From assembly GCF_009834535.1 (NCBI RefSeq), contig NC_045697.1, positions 79,796,001-79,860,000 on the forward strand: a stretch of DNA of 64,000 nt, read 5' to 3'. A model generated the notes under the pieces. That model was not told the DNA's origin, did no database searches, and was given only the letters and a program-made list of their open reading frames with translations. Position numbers and translations under genes: made by a program. Source of the DNA: Camelus ferus (lineage: Eukaryota). This document shows positions 28,388 to 41,143 of the stretch, piece after piece (positions within the stretch are counted from its first letter, which is position 1; every line of letters begins with the position of its first letter).

Positions 28388-29092
28388 GTTGTCTGTTTGT
28401 TATTACATAATCACATACCTAAGTCTGCAATCCAGCTAGACCTGTAGGGAGATATGAAAATGGGGACCTTGAAGAACTATAGTGAGAGCACGAAGATTAT
28501 AGGGTGTTGTCTGCTGATGGGGGTGGAGGGGTGCCCTCCTGAGCTACATAAGGAATGACCTGGTGGTTAAAATAAAACACAAGTCAAATTTACTGGAGTC
28601 GTCCACAGTGGACAATGGTGAGCCTCTTGCTGGTCCTGCCATTCCTTGACCCAAAGTGTTCCGTGGCTTCCACTGTATCCCCTCTTTTGCTCTTCCCTAC
28701 ATGTGCCATCCAACTACTTGTCTTGTCAGTGCAAGTGAAAAACTGGGAACTGCTTGGTTTGTCCAGTGTTTGCCATGGAAAAGATGCCAGGACTATATGC
28801 TTCAGGAAGGAGTTCTCATCATGAAATTTCTCCCCATAGATGGATTTACCATTAGTGCCATTATCACGTGTAAAGTCACCACCCAACCAACACATAAAGC
28901 CTAGAATAACTGTGTGAGAGCAAGAAACCTTACAATCAAAACCTTTCTCCCCATTGCTCAGAATGCAAATATTTTGCTGTCTTTGTAATTTTGTCTGCAA
29001 ATACCTTGAAGATGTGTCCTCATCTGTGATGTCAAAGAACAGGGTGGGTTGACTTTGGCTGGGAGTTGGCAATGGTGGCATCTGCAAAGCCA
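28388..29092 (-). pseudogene. PPIA: Processed PPIA (cyclophilin A) pseudogene with 5' UTR, CDS, 3' UTR and TSD
   Basis: Translation shows PTLFFDI, GEKGF, GFMC..GGDFTRDNGTNGKSIYGEKFHDEN, FGSRNGRTSK and HCGRLQ*. Intronless, with PPIA-like 3' UTR (tttgacttgtgttttat...ctagctggattgcaga) and a decayed A-rich tail. The ancestral ATG is replaced by AAA (29054-29056) and there are internal frameshifts. TSD cattggtactctttt (28373-28387) / cattagtactgtttt (29093-29107), 13/15 identical. Confidence 0.93.
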
Positions 29093-29814
29093 CATTAGTA
29101 CTGTTTTTGGATATGTAAGTGTTCTAGAATTCCTAGAAGAGCATTGTATGCTCCCTATAAGAAATCAGAATTCACTCATGAATGTTGTTCACTGGATAGG
29201 TTTCCGGGTGACAAATTACTATGTCAGCTATCCCTGGATGCTCTTCATTAGAGTTAGAAGTACTATTGTGAAGCAATGTCTTGGGAACCGTGGGCTGTGT
29301 AGAATATGAGCTCAGGGACTCTGAGGTTCCTCAGAGGTGTCGGCAGCTCCCTGAGGGACACGTTTCAGTCACTGGGAGTTTTTCACAGGCGCCTCTCTGG
29401 CTATGCAAGAGAGCCTTTTGTTAGTGGCTGACAACAGTCACATTTCATCTAGGAATGAGCAGACAGCGCTGGTGTTTTAGAATATGCATGTCCATATGAA
29501 CAAAACATTAGCATCATCCTTAATTTTCAAACACCGTTTTGAAGTGGAGATTTTCAGAGCACATTATTATCAAGTGGCCTCACGTGCCTAAAAGTATGAT
29601 TGTGGTCTTGCTTTATGAGCTTTATGTAACAAAGCTCAAAAACCCCAGAATATTAATCTTTCGCAAAATGTGATTTAGAAAAGAACATTTTATGTCTCCA
29701 AAAGGTAATGAAATAGAAGACAAATGACCCGAGCCGGGAAGGCAACTAACATTTACCTGCATTTGGGTCTTTATACATTTGTGCATTTGCCACAGTTTCT
29801 TACACAGATACAAT

Positions 29815-29920
29815 TAGCACCATATTTACAGATGAGTAAACTGAGGCTCAGAGAAGTTGGATAACTAGATCATGAATTGAAATCTAGGCCTTTCTGGCTC
29901 TAATTTCCATGGTCTCACCT
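29815..29920 (-). mobile_element. MIR fragment
   Basis: tttacagatgagtaaactgaggctcagagaagtt. Confidence 0.75.
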
Positions 29921-29969
29921 ATCATGAGTCTCAGTTCTGCTTAAACACATCGTTTGGTCGTTCAGAGCC

Positions 29970-30292
29970 ATAGTTCTGCTCTAGTTAATTATCACAGCAT
30001 AACAAACCACCTGAACACTTAATGGTTTGAGACAACAACCTGAATTCTCTCTTACTCCAGTAGGCTCAATCAGCATTTTTCATGGTGATCTCAAGGCAAC
30101 ATTCCAAGAAGGTGGAAAAGGAAGTTGCAAGGTGTCTTAAGACCTAGGCTTTAAAAGTCCCACGGTGCCAGTTCACCACATTCTGTTAGTCAAAGCAAGT
30201 CACGAGGCCAGCCCAGATTCAAAGGAAGGGAAATAGATTTGTCTCCTGATGGGAAGGGCTGCAAACATTTTATGACCGTATTTACTTGGTCA
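29970..30292. mobile_element. Old MaLR LTR (MLT1H/I/J-like)
   Basis: gcataacaaaccacctgaacacttaatggtttgagacaacaa...cacattctgttagtcaaagcaagtcacgaggccagcccagattcaaaggaagggaaataga. Confidence 0.7.
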
Positions 30293-31289
30293 CTGTTTTT
30301 GTTTTGTTTTTAGTTTTTAGTATATTATGTTGCATTATTACCAAAGCGTTGAAGAATGTAAGAAGATACAGCTTTAGATTCTTAAATGTGTCTTCTAATT
30401 TTGTCTTACTTTACTATTGTGATGCAGATATTTGAAAAGGGATGATAAGCATGAAGATACCTTGAAAACCCATAAATAGAGCCCATGGTAATCTAAGGTG
30501 TTAGGATTTTTAGAAGATGCTCAGATTTACAGTTGAAAGGACGTTTTAATAGATTAAAATAGATGAAAAAGAGATGTAAGGCAATCTCTAGTTCATAGGG
30601 CATGGGAATTTTCTTCTAGACTTAGTTTCGTGAAATGTGATTTTTTAAGTGTTTTGTTATTGCTTGTGTGCATAGAATCAAGCAATGAGTAAAAGTTGTG
30701 TAAAGTCAAAGTCTTGCTAACCTTTGGATATTTAATACTATTTGATTCAGATGCTGTCATATCAAGAAGTCTGTGGAATTGTAACATGGGCATGTAATAG
30801 TCCTGGCTAATGCAGAAATGCCTGCTAAGTTAAAAGGCTTTCCCCTCAAATAAGATTCTCAGTTAAATTCTCTCTTTCTAAGAATTATTCTAACCTTGAG
30901 TATGACTTTCATAAAAATACTGATAGTTGATAAGCTACCATTTTATATAATAAATTCCTTTTCCTTCCAAAATCTAATTTCTTTTGGTATCAAAATATTA
31001 TTGCAGTGTGCTCAAATGAGTTCTAAAACGGAAAACCTAAATGGTGCTACAAAAAAATATTCTCCTGGGATTTCTTTCTAAGGGGGTGCTATGTGAGATT
31101 TGGGGAATTTATTTAGGAAGAAGTTCCTGAAAATGAGCCCTGAGTGATCTGTTTTTAAACGGCTCCAGTAACTGACGTTGTAAGGATTTAAAAGTTTCTT
31201 CCTGTGGGGGTTGTTTTTTGGTTTGTTTTAATGTAAGTGTGTCTGTTCAAATTGCATCCTTTACCATAATATCTGGGGATTAGAAAATA

Positions 31290-31515
31290 CATGGCCTAAC
31301 TATAGGCAAATTTTGTTCAGCTCACATAACATTTTAAAAATTGGCTTAGTTGTCAATATTTTGATAGAAGATTTCACACAAAAGCCCAGAATTCCAGCTT
31401 CTCTATAAAATCAGAACATCCAGTAATATTGGGCCACATTTCCACATGAACATAATGGTTTGAGACTGAATAGAAGCGGTCCTCTTTAGATAGTCACCAT
31501 CACCCCCACTTCTGA
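31290..31515. mobile_element. MER102-like hAT DNA transposon remnant
   Basis: agatttcacacaaaagcccagaattccagcttctctataaaatcagaacatccagtaatattgggccacatttccacatg resembles the recalled MER102 consensus. Confidence 0.6.
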
Positions 31516-32234
31516 TGCTTATATAACCTGCTTCCCCTGCTCAGCATTTGAGTTTGAGATGGTGAAGGAACAGTGGCTGGAAGGATCCAGACACCCCTGT
31601 GACTTTTGATAATCAAAGAATTTTGGGGCTACTGCGGGACAGAAGGTGGAGGGTCTCAGGTGTATGGATGCAAAGAGAAAAGAAGAACTTAAGGGTTGCA
31701 TCTACTGGCCCCTTGATCAAGCTCTGAACAGCAGTGGTATAGATGCTGCCTGTCTTTGAACCGTAGCATCAAACCTGATTTTGGCAGCAGTACTTCAGCA
31801 CAGATTGCACCTGCTGTGTTAAAAATACTTATCAGCCATCTTCAGCATCGTATTGAAATGCAAGTCAACACGGCCTGAAATTTTGACTTCTCTCAATATT
31901 CTTGTAAAGCTACAAAGAAAAAAAATCCAAATGACCTTGAATTTTAAATTTAGGAATTTAGGCAAGTGAAATAGTAGCTGAATCCTTTGATCAAATTTTG
32001 GATTGGGACAGTCTTTGTAAGATGTGTTAATTGATCTCTCTATATATTTTTAAATGTTGTATGTTCTGCCATGTTTGTCATTATTAAATTTTTCCCGGAG
32101 AATTTCCTACCAATTGGCAATTTTAAGGTTTATTTAAAAGAAAAACGACCAAATGCCTATAGTTCTACTTTCTGAAACAAAGAATGGATTCAGCATGAAT
32201 AATTTTTAAAAATTATCAAAATTTAGTTTTTGAT

Positions 32235-32445
32235 AATAGCTAACATTATTGAGTGCTTATTACATGCCAGTATTTTGAGTCCCATAGTAATTAACTCATT
32301 CACTTCTGTTAGATAGCCCTCTTATATAGATAAGAAAATTGGAGCCTAGAGAGGGAGTAAAATCTGTCTAAATTCGCAGGGCACAGGGATTTGCTTGCTT
32401 CCTGGCAGTCTGATTTCCAAATCTGCTCTTAATCACTCTGTTTAC
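32235..32445 (-). mobile_element. MIR SINE
   Basis: aatagctaacattattgagtgcttattacatgccag...agataagaaaattggagcctagagag. Confidence 0.7.
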
Positions 32446-33011
32446 CACCTTTCTGCTTGTTTCTCTCAGACATGCATTCCAGCCTCCACTGAATTTCACA
32501 AAGGCCTGTTTTCAGACGCTCTAATAATGAGTGGGAGTCTCAAGTGTATTGGGCTTCTGGAACTTACTGTATGAAAAATTAAAGGATTTGTAATCACAGA
32601 TACCATAAGGACAGATAAAAACAAAATTCATCAATATGAAGATTGTTGGAAACTTATAAAATAAAATCATGTTTCCGCTCTACACATTATTTTTCTCCTC
32701 TAATTTGAATAGAGCCAGTGTTCATTCTCAGAGTTATTTTTTGAATGTGGTAATATGCAGAGATGTAAATTAGGGTCAGAATATTTGGATTTATTTAGAA
32801 TGGCATCTGGCTACAGGATTAAAATCAATGTGGTCAAAGTATATACTATACACAGTAGCAAAGTTATATGCAATACTTATCACAGTGTAGAGCTGCCCTT
32901 ACTCCTGACTGTGGGGACTGGAGTTTAATAAATGTTAAGCTTGGTAAATATAAGGAAGATTTAATGAGAAGTAACTTGACATACTGGCAGAAACAATAGT
33001 ATAAATTAAAG

Positions 33012-33150
33012 ATATCCACAGACCAGAAGCATGGGCATCCCCTGGACTTTGTATGAAGTACAGACTCTCAGACTCCCAGACCTAGGGAATCAGACCTATG
33101 TTTACATCAACAGGTGATTTGTGTGCACACCAAAGCTTGAGAAGCACTGA
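33012..33150. mobile_element. MER5A1-like remnant
   Basis: cagaccagaagcatgggcatcccctgg...cccagacctagggaatcaga...caggtgatttgtgtgcacaccaaagcttgagaagcactg. Confidence 0.7.
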
Positions 33151-33164
33151 CCTAAAGAGATTGG

Positions 33165-33410
33165 ATTCTGCCAGTAATTTGTTGTGCAGTCTTGAATGGG
33201 TCACTTTCTATTCTTGTATTTTAGTTCCGTCCATTCCTTGTCACTTGCTGCTTTGATTTTGGACAAGTTAATTCTGTAATCTTCACTCAGTTGCCTAGAA
33301 GATAGGGGTAATGATAATACCTCCCTCATCCTATTGTAAGGATTAAATGAGGTAATGGGCATAAGGTGTATGGAGTATTGTTCACATACAGTGTGTGGTT
33401 AATAAATGCC
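33165..33410 (+). mobile_element. MIR fragments
   Basis: ttggacaagttaa...ggggtaatgataatacctccctcat..ttgtaaggattaaatgaggtaat. Confidence 0.7.
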
Positions 33411-34903
33411 TGCAGTAGTTATTTTAGTTTTTGTTTCTTTAATATACTGCATTATTTTATTAATCACATGGCAATTGAGATAATAAGTTTCTTTCAAAAT
33501 TCCCTGTACAGATAATCAAACATGCTTTTTCTTTGCACATTTTCTACTTTATGAGGTAATGCAAAACTGTTGTCCAAAGTTGTACCAATATACATATGCT
33601 TTTAACAGCTGAAAATTTAAAAGAAGCAAGGTTTTCCAGGTAAAGAGCCCAGTGGGAGAAAGAGTGTGGATTAGATACACTATATTCTAGTCTCATTTTT
33701 TTGACCTTGGACCTGTCATTTAACCTCGTTGACTTTCACAGATATTATATGAGAATATAAAGTGCTATAAAATGCTTATAGTACTAGTTTGTTGATTTCA
33801 TAGAACTGGCAAAACCCAATTATTATGCATTTGTTATCTTAATGATGGGAATTTGTAATAGGGTGTTGAGATGACTGCTCTTTTGTGGCAGTATATTGGG
33901 GACTTTTAGAAGCTTCAGAAAATCATTTAAATGATTAAATTACTGTTTCAGTCACACATATGTGCTCTAACTACGTATATCTAATTCCAGGTCCGTTATT
34001 TCCATAAGAGATAATTTGCTGTTTGAAAATCTGCTCATTATGGAACAGCTCATTTTTTAAAGCTGCAGATAAAAGTCTGCTCTCCTCTCCTGTTTCTGTC
34101 ACCTTATTGTCTGGGCACCATGTGAGCACACGGGCTGAATCAGTGTAGGCAGATAACACACCTTCCCTGAGTAACAGACAATGCCTTCACCCTAACTGTC
34201 TGCTCTCCATTAGGAAATTCTCCAAAATGTGTTGCTTCTCTTTTCTGGTAGTGGAATTTGTAGCAAAATATCAACACCGTGATAACCAAGAATTTACATG
34301 TTTGGAGTTCACTAATTCTTCATTGCCTGAAAAGTGTGTTCTGAATTCATAATTAACTCAGCCAGTGTTTATGCTGGACAAGAGTGTATTATGAAACTTT
34401 TGTAAGTGAGCAGAACTTATTGGACCTTCCTTACTTTGCTGCTTTTGTATCTCTTTTTCAATTAGTGATGATAAATTTTCCGGGTGAACATATGGCCAAT
34501 ACATTGAATAAATATTTAAATTGAATTGGATGTTAAGTGAATGCAAATTAAATTAGGTCATGTTTTTTCTGCTTATTTTAATATATCTGCAAGTCATATC
34601 CCACTGAGGTAGGTGCTCTGTGATTTAAAAAAAACAGCGATTTCTCAAAAACCACGGGAATACTGTTTTGCTTAATCATCAGATTCATAGAAATAAAGAC
34701 TTTTCTTGTCAACATATCTCTGAGACAAAAGACTTTGTGTCATTACAAAAGAGACAGCCTTGAGAAACCATGTTTATATAATGTTTAAAAATTTGGACAT
34801 TTTTCTAAAGGAAGATATTTAGTTATGGATTCAAAATATTTATTTCAACACTGAGAGGGCCAGAAAGAATTTGCTTCCATGGAGGGGAGTGTATCTTTCC
34901 TCT

Positions 34904-34907
<4 letters not shown>

Positions 34908-34934
<27 letters not shown>
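34908..34934. repeat. (CA)n microsatellite
   Basis: Uninterrupted AC run seen directly. Confidence 0.95.
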
Positions 34935-34938
<4 letters not shown>

Positions 34939-34974
34939 TATATGGACTTCAGTTATCTTCTTTATGTTATCAGC

Positions 34975-35095
34975 TTTTAAAGATATAATCAACATAAATA
35001 TTTAGTGCACATATTTAGTATAGTGTACAATATGATAAGTTTTGAGATATGTATAAACCATAAGAGCCATCACCACAGTCAAGATAGTCAACAAA
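34975..35095 (-). mobile_element. Old L1M 3' end fragment
   Basis: agatataatcaacata...gtgtacaatatgataagttttgagatatgtataaacc...ccatcaccacagtcaagatag. Confidence 0.6.
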
Positions 35096-35249
35096 TTTAG
35101 TTATCTTTGGATCAATGCAGGTGTTTAATTGAAATATCAGAATCAAATTCCATCTCTTCTCTAGAAAAAATTTTACTATTATGTTGGATTTTGAAATTAC
35201 ACTTGTGTACATTTATTTGTATTTACTTACAAAGCATTGTTTTGTAATC

Positions 35250-35410
35250 TTATAATATTAATATTACTAACATTAATTAATAATAATTAATAATATTATA
35301 ACAATATACCATATAATACTATGGCAGTATTAATTAATAATATTATAACACTAAATATTGTTTTAGATATTGTAATGTTCTTTTATTATTTTAGTTTTTT
35401 TTTTTAAATT
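35250..35410. repeat. AT-rich low-complexity tract
   Basis: Repeated attaattaataatattataaca units. Confidence 0.8.
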
Positions 35411-36209
35411 TAGGGTGTGGCTGGAATTCATACTGTAGCATGACTGGCCTCCAGTGGTATCTTGGCAGAATAGCATCACTGCTAGATTCAAAGCAACAGG
35501 TGAATTTAGAGAACAATTACACATCAGCTAAGATCATGAACCAGGTGCTGATTGGCAGGGCTGGTGAAATGGAACATCAGATCTGCTGTAACGGGAGGTG
35601 GGAACTGCCTCCCCGTAATCTTGGGATCCCAAAGTATGGAAATAGTGCGAGGTGATAATTTAATGCAGTTGTTGCTCAGGACTTTTTCACAGGGGAAGTT
35701 TTAGACTGCTTTTCATTTTCTCAGAGGAGAGACTTCTCTCTGGCTATCTTCCCTCTGTGACACTGATACTTCTTTAAAACATACCTTTATTATATTACCT
35801 GTTTTTCCTTTTGTGACTTTTTTTTCCCTGATAGCCTTTAATTTTGGTTAAATACTCCAAGAATTCTGAGTACCTTTATAGGTGAAAATTAACGATCCAC
35901 CTAACAATGTCTTTGTTAATTTGAAGCCATTTTAATGATGAGTGTGGCTAACTGGGAGGTTTGCATGAAGACAGGGAGTGTTCAGACCTTAAATTACTAT
36001 GTTTGGCATGTTCTTTCTCATTATTGTATCTATATCATCTTTTGTCCACAGCAGTAGACAAGAGGAACCATAAATAAAATGATGGAGACCAGGGAAAGAA
36101 TCTAGATAGAATAAGGGAAGCAGATATTATATTTTTCTGATTATAAGTATATGAATAATTCCTCTAAAGGAAGTTAAATTCTTCAGCATTCTTTTCAGTG
36201 TTCTTGGTC

Positions 36210-37190
36210 ATCAATCAATCATTCATGCATTCATCCATCTATCGAACAAAACTGAGCCCATATTACATGCCAGTCAGTGTGTGTGGCACCAGGAACTTGC
36301 CCTTGTGGAGTTTACATTCCAATGGGGGAAAAAAAGACATTAACCAAACAAAAACCTAATTAACTTTATTAGTATAAGTTGTGATAAAGGCTAAGAAGTA
36401 GAATACAGATTGTTGTAAGAGAGTTTTATGAGGAGAAGAATGAAGACCATGTTCTAGGCAGAGGGAAGTAGATGTGCAAGTCCTGAAGTGAGAAAAGGCT
36501 TGTTGCATGGAGGGACTGAAGGAAAGCCAGCGTCTCTGGAGCAGAGTTAGGCGACAGGAGCAAAGAGGGTCCAGATCATGAAGGCTTTGGAATTGTCAGT
36601 AAGCTCAGTGGGAATTCCTTGGACTTGTTTATGCATTTGTTCAGCAGGATCCAATTTATAACATGATACTTTCTCACTCAGAGGAATGGAGGAGGGGTGG
36701 AGTAGAAGTCGGGGAACTAATGGGAAGCTATTATGATAGGCTTGGTGAGAGGCAGCGATGGCTGGTGGCTGTGGGGATGAAAGGAATGGATAGACAAAGA
36801 TATATTTAGGTAGAAAAATTTACAAATCTCGGAGATAGATTGAATGTGGACAATTCCCAGGTTTTTGGCTGAGTACTAGTCAGAATAGATGCTGCTGAGG
36901 AGCAGGATAGCGTGAGAAGAGAGAAGACCCCAGGAAGGTTCTGCCTGTCTGAGTTCACATGATGGAGAAGGAGGACACCCAAAGAAGACTTAAGCGTAGC
37001 TAAAATGGTGGGGGGAGAACAGACAATTCTAGAGCCAGAACAGAGAGAGGAGAGAGTATTCAGCTGTATGAAATCCTATTAGAAGTTCAAATAATATGAG
37101 GACTGACAAACATCTATTAGATTTGGCATCATAGAAGTCACTTGTAACTTAGTAAGGCATTTCCGGGTATCTTGAAAGCACGTAACTAGA
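36210..37190 (-). mobile_element. L2 LINE fragments
   Basis: attcatgcattcatccatc...tgagcccatattacatgccag...cttgcccttgtggagtttacattccaatgggg. Confidence 0.7.
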
Positions 37191-38899
37191 CTGAACAGAA
37201 TTTCTAGGACCTTCTCATCTTTATCCTTCTCGCCTTTGTAGTGTCCCTGGGGAATGACTCCATTTTCTGTTCCAAGTTATTTTCCCCTATCTGTCTAATT
37301 TTCCTCCTCTCTTTGGCCCAAAAGAAAAGTATGACACAGGGAGAGGGGAGGCAGGGAGAATGAAACAGTACAAAAGAAAAAGTTAATACAACATATATTC
37401 AACACATAATTATTCTCTACTGTCCTTCATAGAATTACTTTTTCTCTTTGTTATATTCACTTAACTTACTTCCTTTCATCTACTTAGAAAAATCAGTAAT
37501 AAATTATTATCTGTTTTGTCAAACCCAAGTGAATACATCCTTGTTTTGTCTACTCCTGATGTGATTAAATCACAAATAGAGCTTTCTTTGCAATTTAATT
37601 TGCTGTAATCCATTGCATAAGATGAAATTGGCCTTAATGTGGAACACAAATACTATGACTAAGTATAGTCAAGGTGACTTGAAACTTTTCATCTTTTTTC
37701 ACTTATTTAATTTTTTTATGACATTCATAAAAGAAAGGACGTGGCATTAAAGGCTAAGAAATGAAAGCTTAAATAGCCAGGAATTGACTGAGTTTGATAG
37801 CCTTTGTGGTACAAAAACATCAACTGTTTAAAATAGTGTTATCTAAGACCAAAGATTTCTTCTAAGTAGAAAATGTTTTTTGAAAGAAAAAAAAAGAATA
37901 TTACTGACATTTTAATGGCAATTTTTGAAAGTGGTCAAAAGTCGCTCCAGGATACATCATCATGAATTTATTGAAAATGACTCAAAGAATTTAGAATCCT
38001 GCTTAGCACTAAGCAAAAGCCAGTTAAAACGGTGCTTAGTACTTTTGAAGCACATGGGATCTCTGGAAATGCATTATTGAATATAATTTGTGCCTTGAAT
38101 GATTGATCAACATTTAGAAGTACAAGCTTTTATTGTCAGTGTTTTAAAAGTCAGCTATATAAAGTTGATGGAGTATACAAGTTAGATATATCCATTTGTC
38201 ATTTTTTAGGATATTACATAAATATTTCATGGAATATTTCTGCACATCTGAATATTTATTTAAGTGTAAAATAAGAGGAAGGCGCTTAAGCCCGTTTTGT
38301 AATAAAAGACTAATATTTGGATTTTCGCAAGTTAAAATATATTAGTTGTCATTTTTGTCCCTTTCCTCCCACGTGCCTTTCGTTCTTTCCCTTAGAAGAC
38401 AGACAAAATGCTGACTTGAGAAGTACTTTTTAAAATATCCAGGATCTCCAACATTTGGGGTTTGTTGAATATTTGATAGCGTTGGAAACAGGTTGAAGGG
38501 CAAACCTCCTTTGTCTATGTTATCATCCCCCTAGCCTGTTGCTTTTTCCATAGTAAGCTAAGAGTATAACCTCTATTTAATGTTTCTATTTCCCCAGTAA
38601 AATGCGACAGTCTTTCCAAATGTAGTTGCTGGGGTTTTTTTGCGTGATTTTGATGAAGACATGGTGAGAATTCTGGGGTGGAAATGAAAAGGAAAAGAAA
38701 AACAGGTTTTTGCCTTTAAAAAAAATGTTTTGAAAACGTTATTATCACAAAGAGCTTTACAAATCTAGACAGTTGTTAAAGAAGAGAAAAGAATTGTGAA
38801 AAACATGTATAATTGAGAAAAAAAACTGAAAAGAGGAGGCAGAATAATAAGAAAAAGCAAATGAAGTGAGTTGTGATTTAAAATGATTTAAAATAAGTG

Positions 38900-39598
38900 A
38901 AATAAAAATATAAAGGGTGAGGGTGAAGAACATAATTTTGGTAAAAATTGTAGTATCTGGGGACCTCATCTGGCTGTGTCTAGCTGAGGACAGTGAACAG
39001 CAGAAACAGGAAGTAGCTAGACTCAATGTTCTCAATACTTGGGCTGAGAGTAGAAAATGGCCTCAGGAAAAAGGTGGTACTCCAAACAGAGGGGAGGGTC
39101 TTATGTGCTTGACTGCAGTGTGCCAGCAGATATGTAAAGCATGGAGATGGATATTCAGTAGGAGAGCAGATTTGGATGTTCGCTAGACTGATGACCAATT
39201 GGTGACAGGTAACTCTTGTCAGTAGGTAGCACTTCTGAAGTCCTAGGCATTTTACCAGCATAAGTTAGGATTAAATTTTGACAATCAAAGCATAAATGCA
39301 GTTATCTACACTGAGATGTAAGTATGAGTTGGTCCTGCATTTTGAGGAATTGAAAAAGAATTCCTTAAACCCTTCTTGCCGTGGGACAGGATTAGCAGAA
39401 TTTGCAAGTGAATACCAAGTGGCCTCTGCTGAGGGGATGAGAAAATTGAAGAGACTGGACCAGGCAAAACCTTATCAATTAGCTTAGGAAGCAGTTGTGA
39501 CAGAGGCTGGGCATGTGAAGAGAGGGTTGAAAGTAAGAAACAGTTTTAGGTGATACAACAGGAAGATAGAATTTTTGATAAGATTGGGTATGTGAAAT
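38900..39598 (-). mobile_element. Degenerate L2-like sequence
   Basis: Purine-rich strand with degenerate L2-like motifs (ggagatggatattcagtaggagagcag). Confidence 0.4.
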
Positions 39599-39615
39599 AA
39601 AATTAACCAGAAACT

Positions 39616-39760
39616 GGGGGGAGGGTTAGCTCAGTGGTAGAGTGTGTGCTTAGCATGCATGAAGTCCTGAGTTCAATCCCCAGCACGGCCACTTAAAAAA
39701 ATAAAATAAAACAAACCTAATTACTCCCCCCACCAAAAGCAAACAAAGAAAAAAACATTA
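39616..39760 (+). mobile_element. tRNA-derived SINE (camelid Vic-1 type), full length
   Basis: gggggagggttagctcagtggtagag (A box) ... gttcaatcccc (B box), A-rich tail with a cctaattactccccc segment. TSD aaaattaaccagaaact (39599-39615) / aaaattaaccaaaaaat (39761-39777). Confidence 0.9.
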
Positions 39761-40389
39761 AAAATTAACCAAAAAATGCTCCAAGATCTATAGAGACTAT
39801 TTCAAGACTCATTCATTTAGAGGCTTACTATTGAGACTAAAATACAAAAATTTTCCAATGGGGTTTGATACAAGCATGAAAGTTCATTTGTGAAACAGTT
39901 TTTATAAAAATAGTATTGTTCTGGGACCTGACTTGCTTCAGAAATTGCACATCCATATTGAGTTGAATATCCTAGAGTGATTCCGCCATCATGTTTAGAA
40001 ATCTTCTGACTCTAAGCAAAAAGCCTGATTATATTGTCTTAGTCAAATATGTGTAAGATTAGATCTGACAATGCATATTAGTGTACAGCTTGAGACTGCT
40101 TCAACAGTTAATTTTTGATTAGTTACAAATATACTGATCTAATTTAGAACGAGGTTAAGAGAAATCCTAGGTTGGGATTTGGCAACCAGGAACCTACAAA
40201 TATCTTGCTTGTGCTCAAATTTTCACTTGCTTTATTTGTTTCAATTTCTATTCTTTTTTTTTTTTTTAAAGCCCTGAATGGTATTTTAATTTATAATCCG
40301 CATTAGATTCTTCCAGTTTAATGTTATATCATATGACTTGGCAGATAGAAAAAATATCCATTAAACAACAACAACAATATATATATATT

Positions 40390-40393
<4 letters not shown>

Positions 40394-40428
<35 letters not shown>
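40394..40428. repeat. (TG)n microsatellite preceded by (TA)n and (CAA)n
   Basis: Uninterrupted TG run seen directly. Confidence 0.95.
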
Positions 40429-40430
<2 letters not shown>

Positions 40431-41143
40431 CCAGCATGAATGTAGTGCTATAAACCTTATAAAAAAATTTAGTTCCTCAAATAATCCTTTAGAGCAAGTG
40501 GATTTAATATCTCTCCTCCAGCAGAGGGCTACCAAACTCTATTCATTTCTACTGACACATGGTAACACATTTATGTAGTTTATTTCAGTTTTCAGGCTTT
40601 TGTTTGTTTGCTTGCTTATGTTTTTAAGCACCAGATCCTTTTCTCAAATTGGAGTGTTCTAGTCTGAGAAGGAGATACACCTGGGGCTGCTTTAATTGCA
40701 GAAGGGCCACCTAGCTGCCTCTGCAGAAACCCCAGTGAGGTGTGGAAGAGAATCGAAACCCTCTGCTCTGATTTATCCAAAAATACTCTTCCAAATTCAG
40801 AGTCAGCTCTTTGAGTAGAATCGTAAATATTTTTCCCTCTGTAAAAATCCTAATGCTGACACTGCACTGCAGGGAAAATACAAAAGCAGAATGATGTTTG
40901 AATTATGGAAATTCCCCTTGCAGGGCTTTGTCTTCAGTTGTGATTGTAATTCCTGCTGTGTGGTTGTACATCTTACTTGTTTTTTGTTTGTTTCTGGAAA
41001 GATGATTTTATCTCCAATCTTATGAGTGAAGAAGGCATTTAGTTTGACAAATTTTCTCACAGTATTTCAGAGGTGTGCCACACTGACAGACTGTTTGTGT
41101 ACTTATAAAACTATTCTTGTAAGTGGGTCAGTCTTGCCCTTTA

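Noticed and set aside
39616..39690. tRNA-like sequences here and at 54810-54892 and 55135-55213
   Set aside because: A-rich tails, flanking duplications at two of the copies and disrupted cloverleaf stems identify them as SINEs, not tRNA genes.
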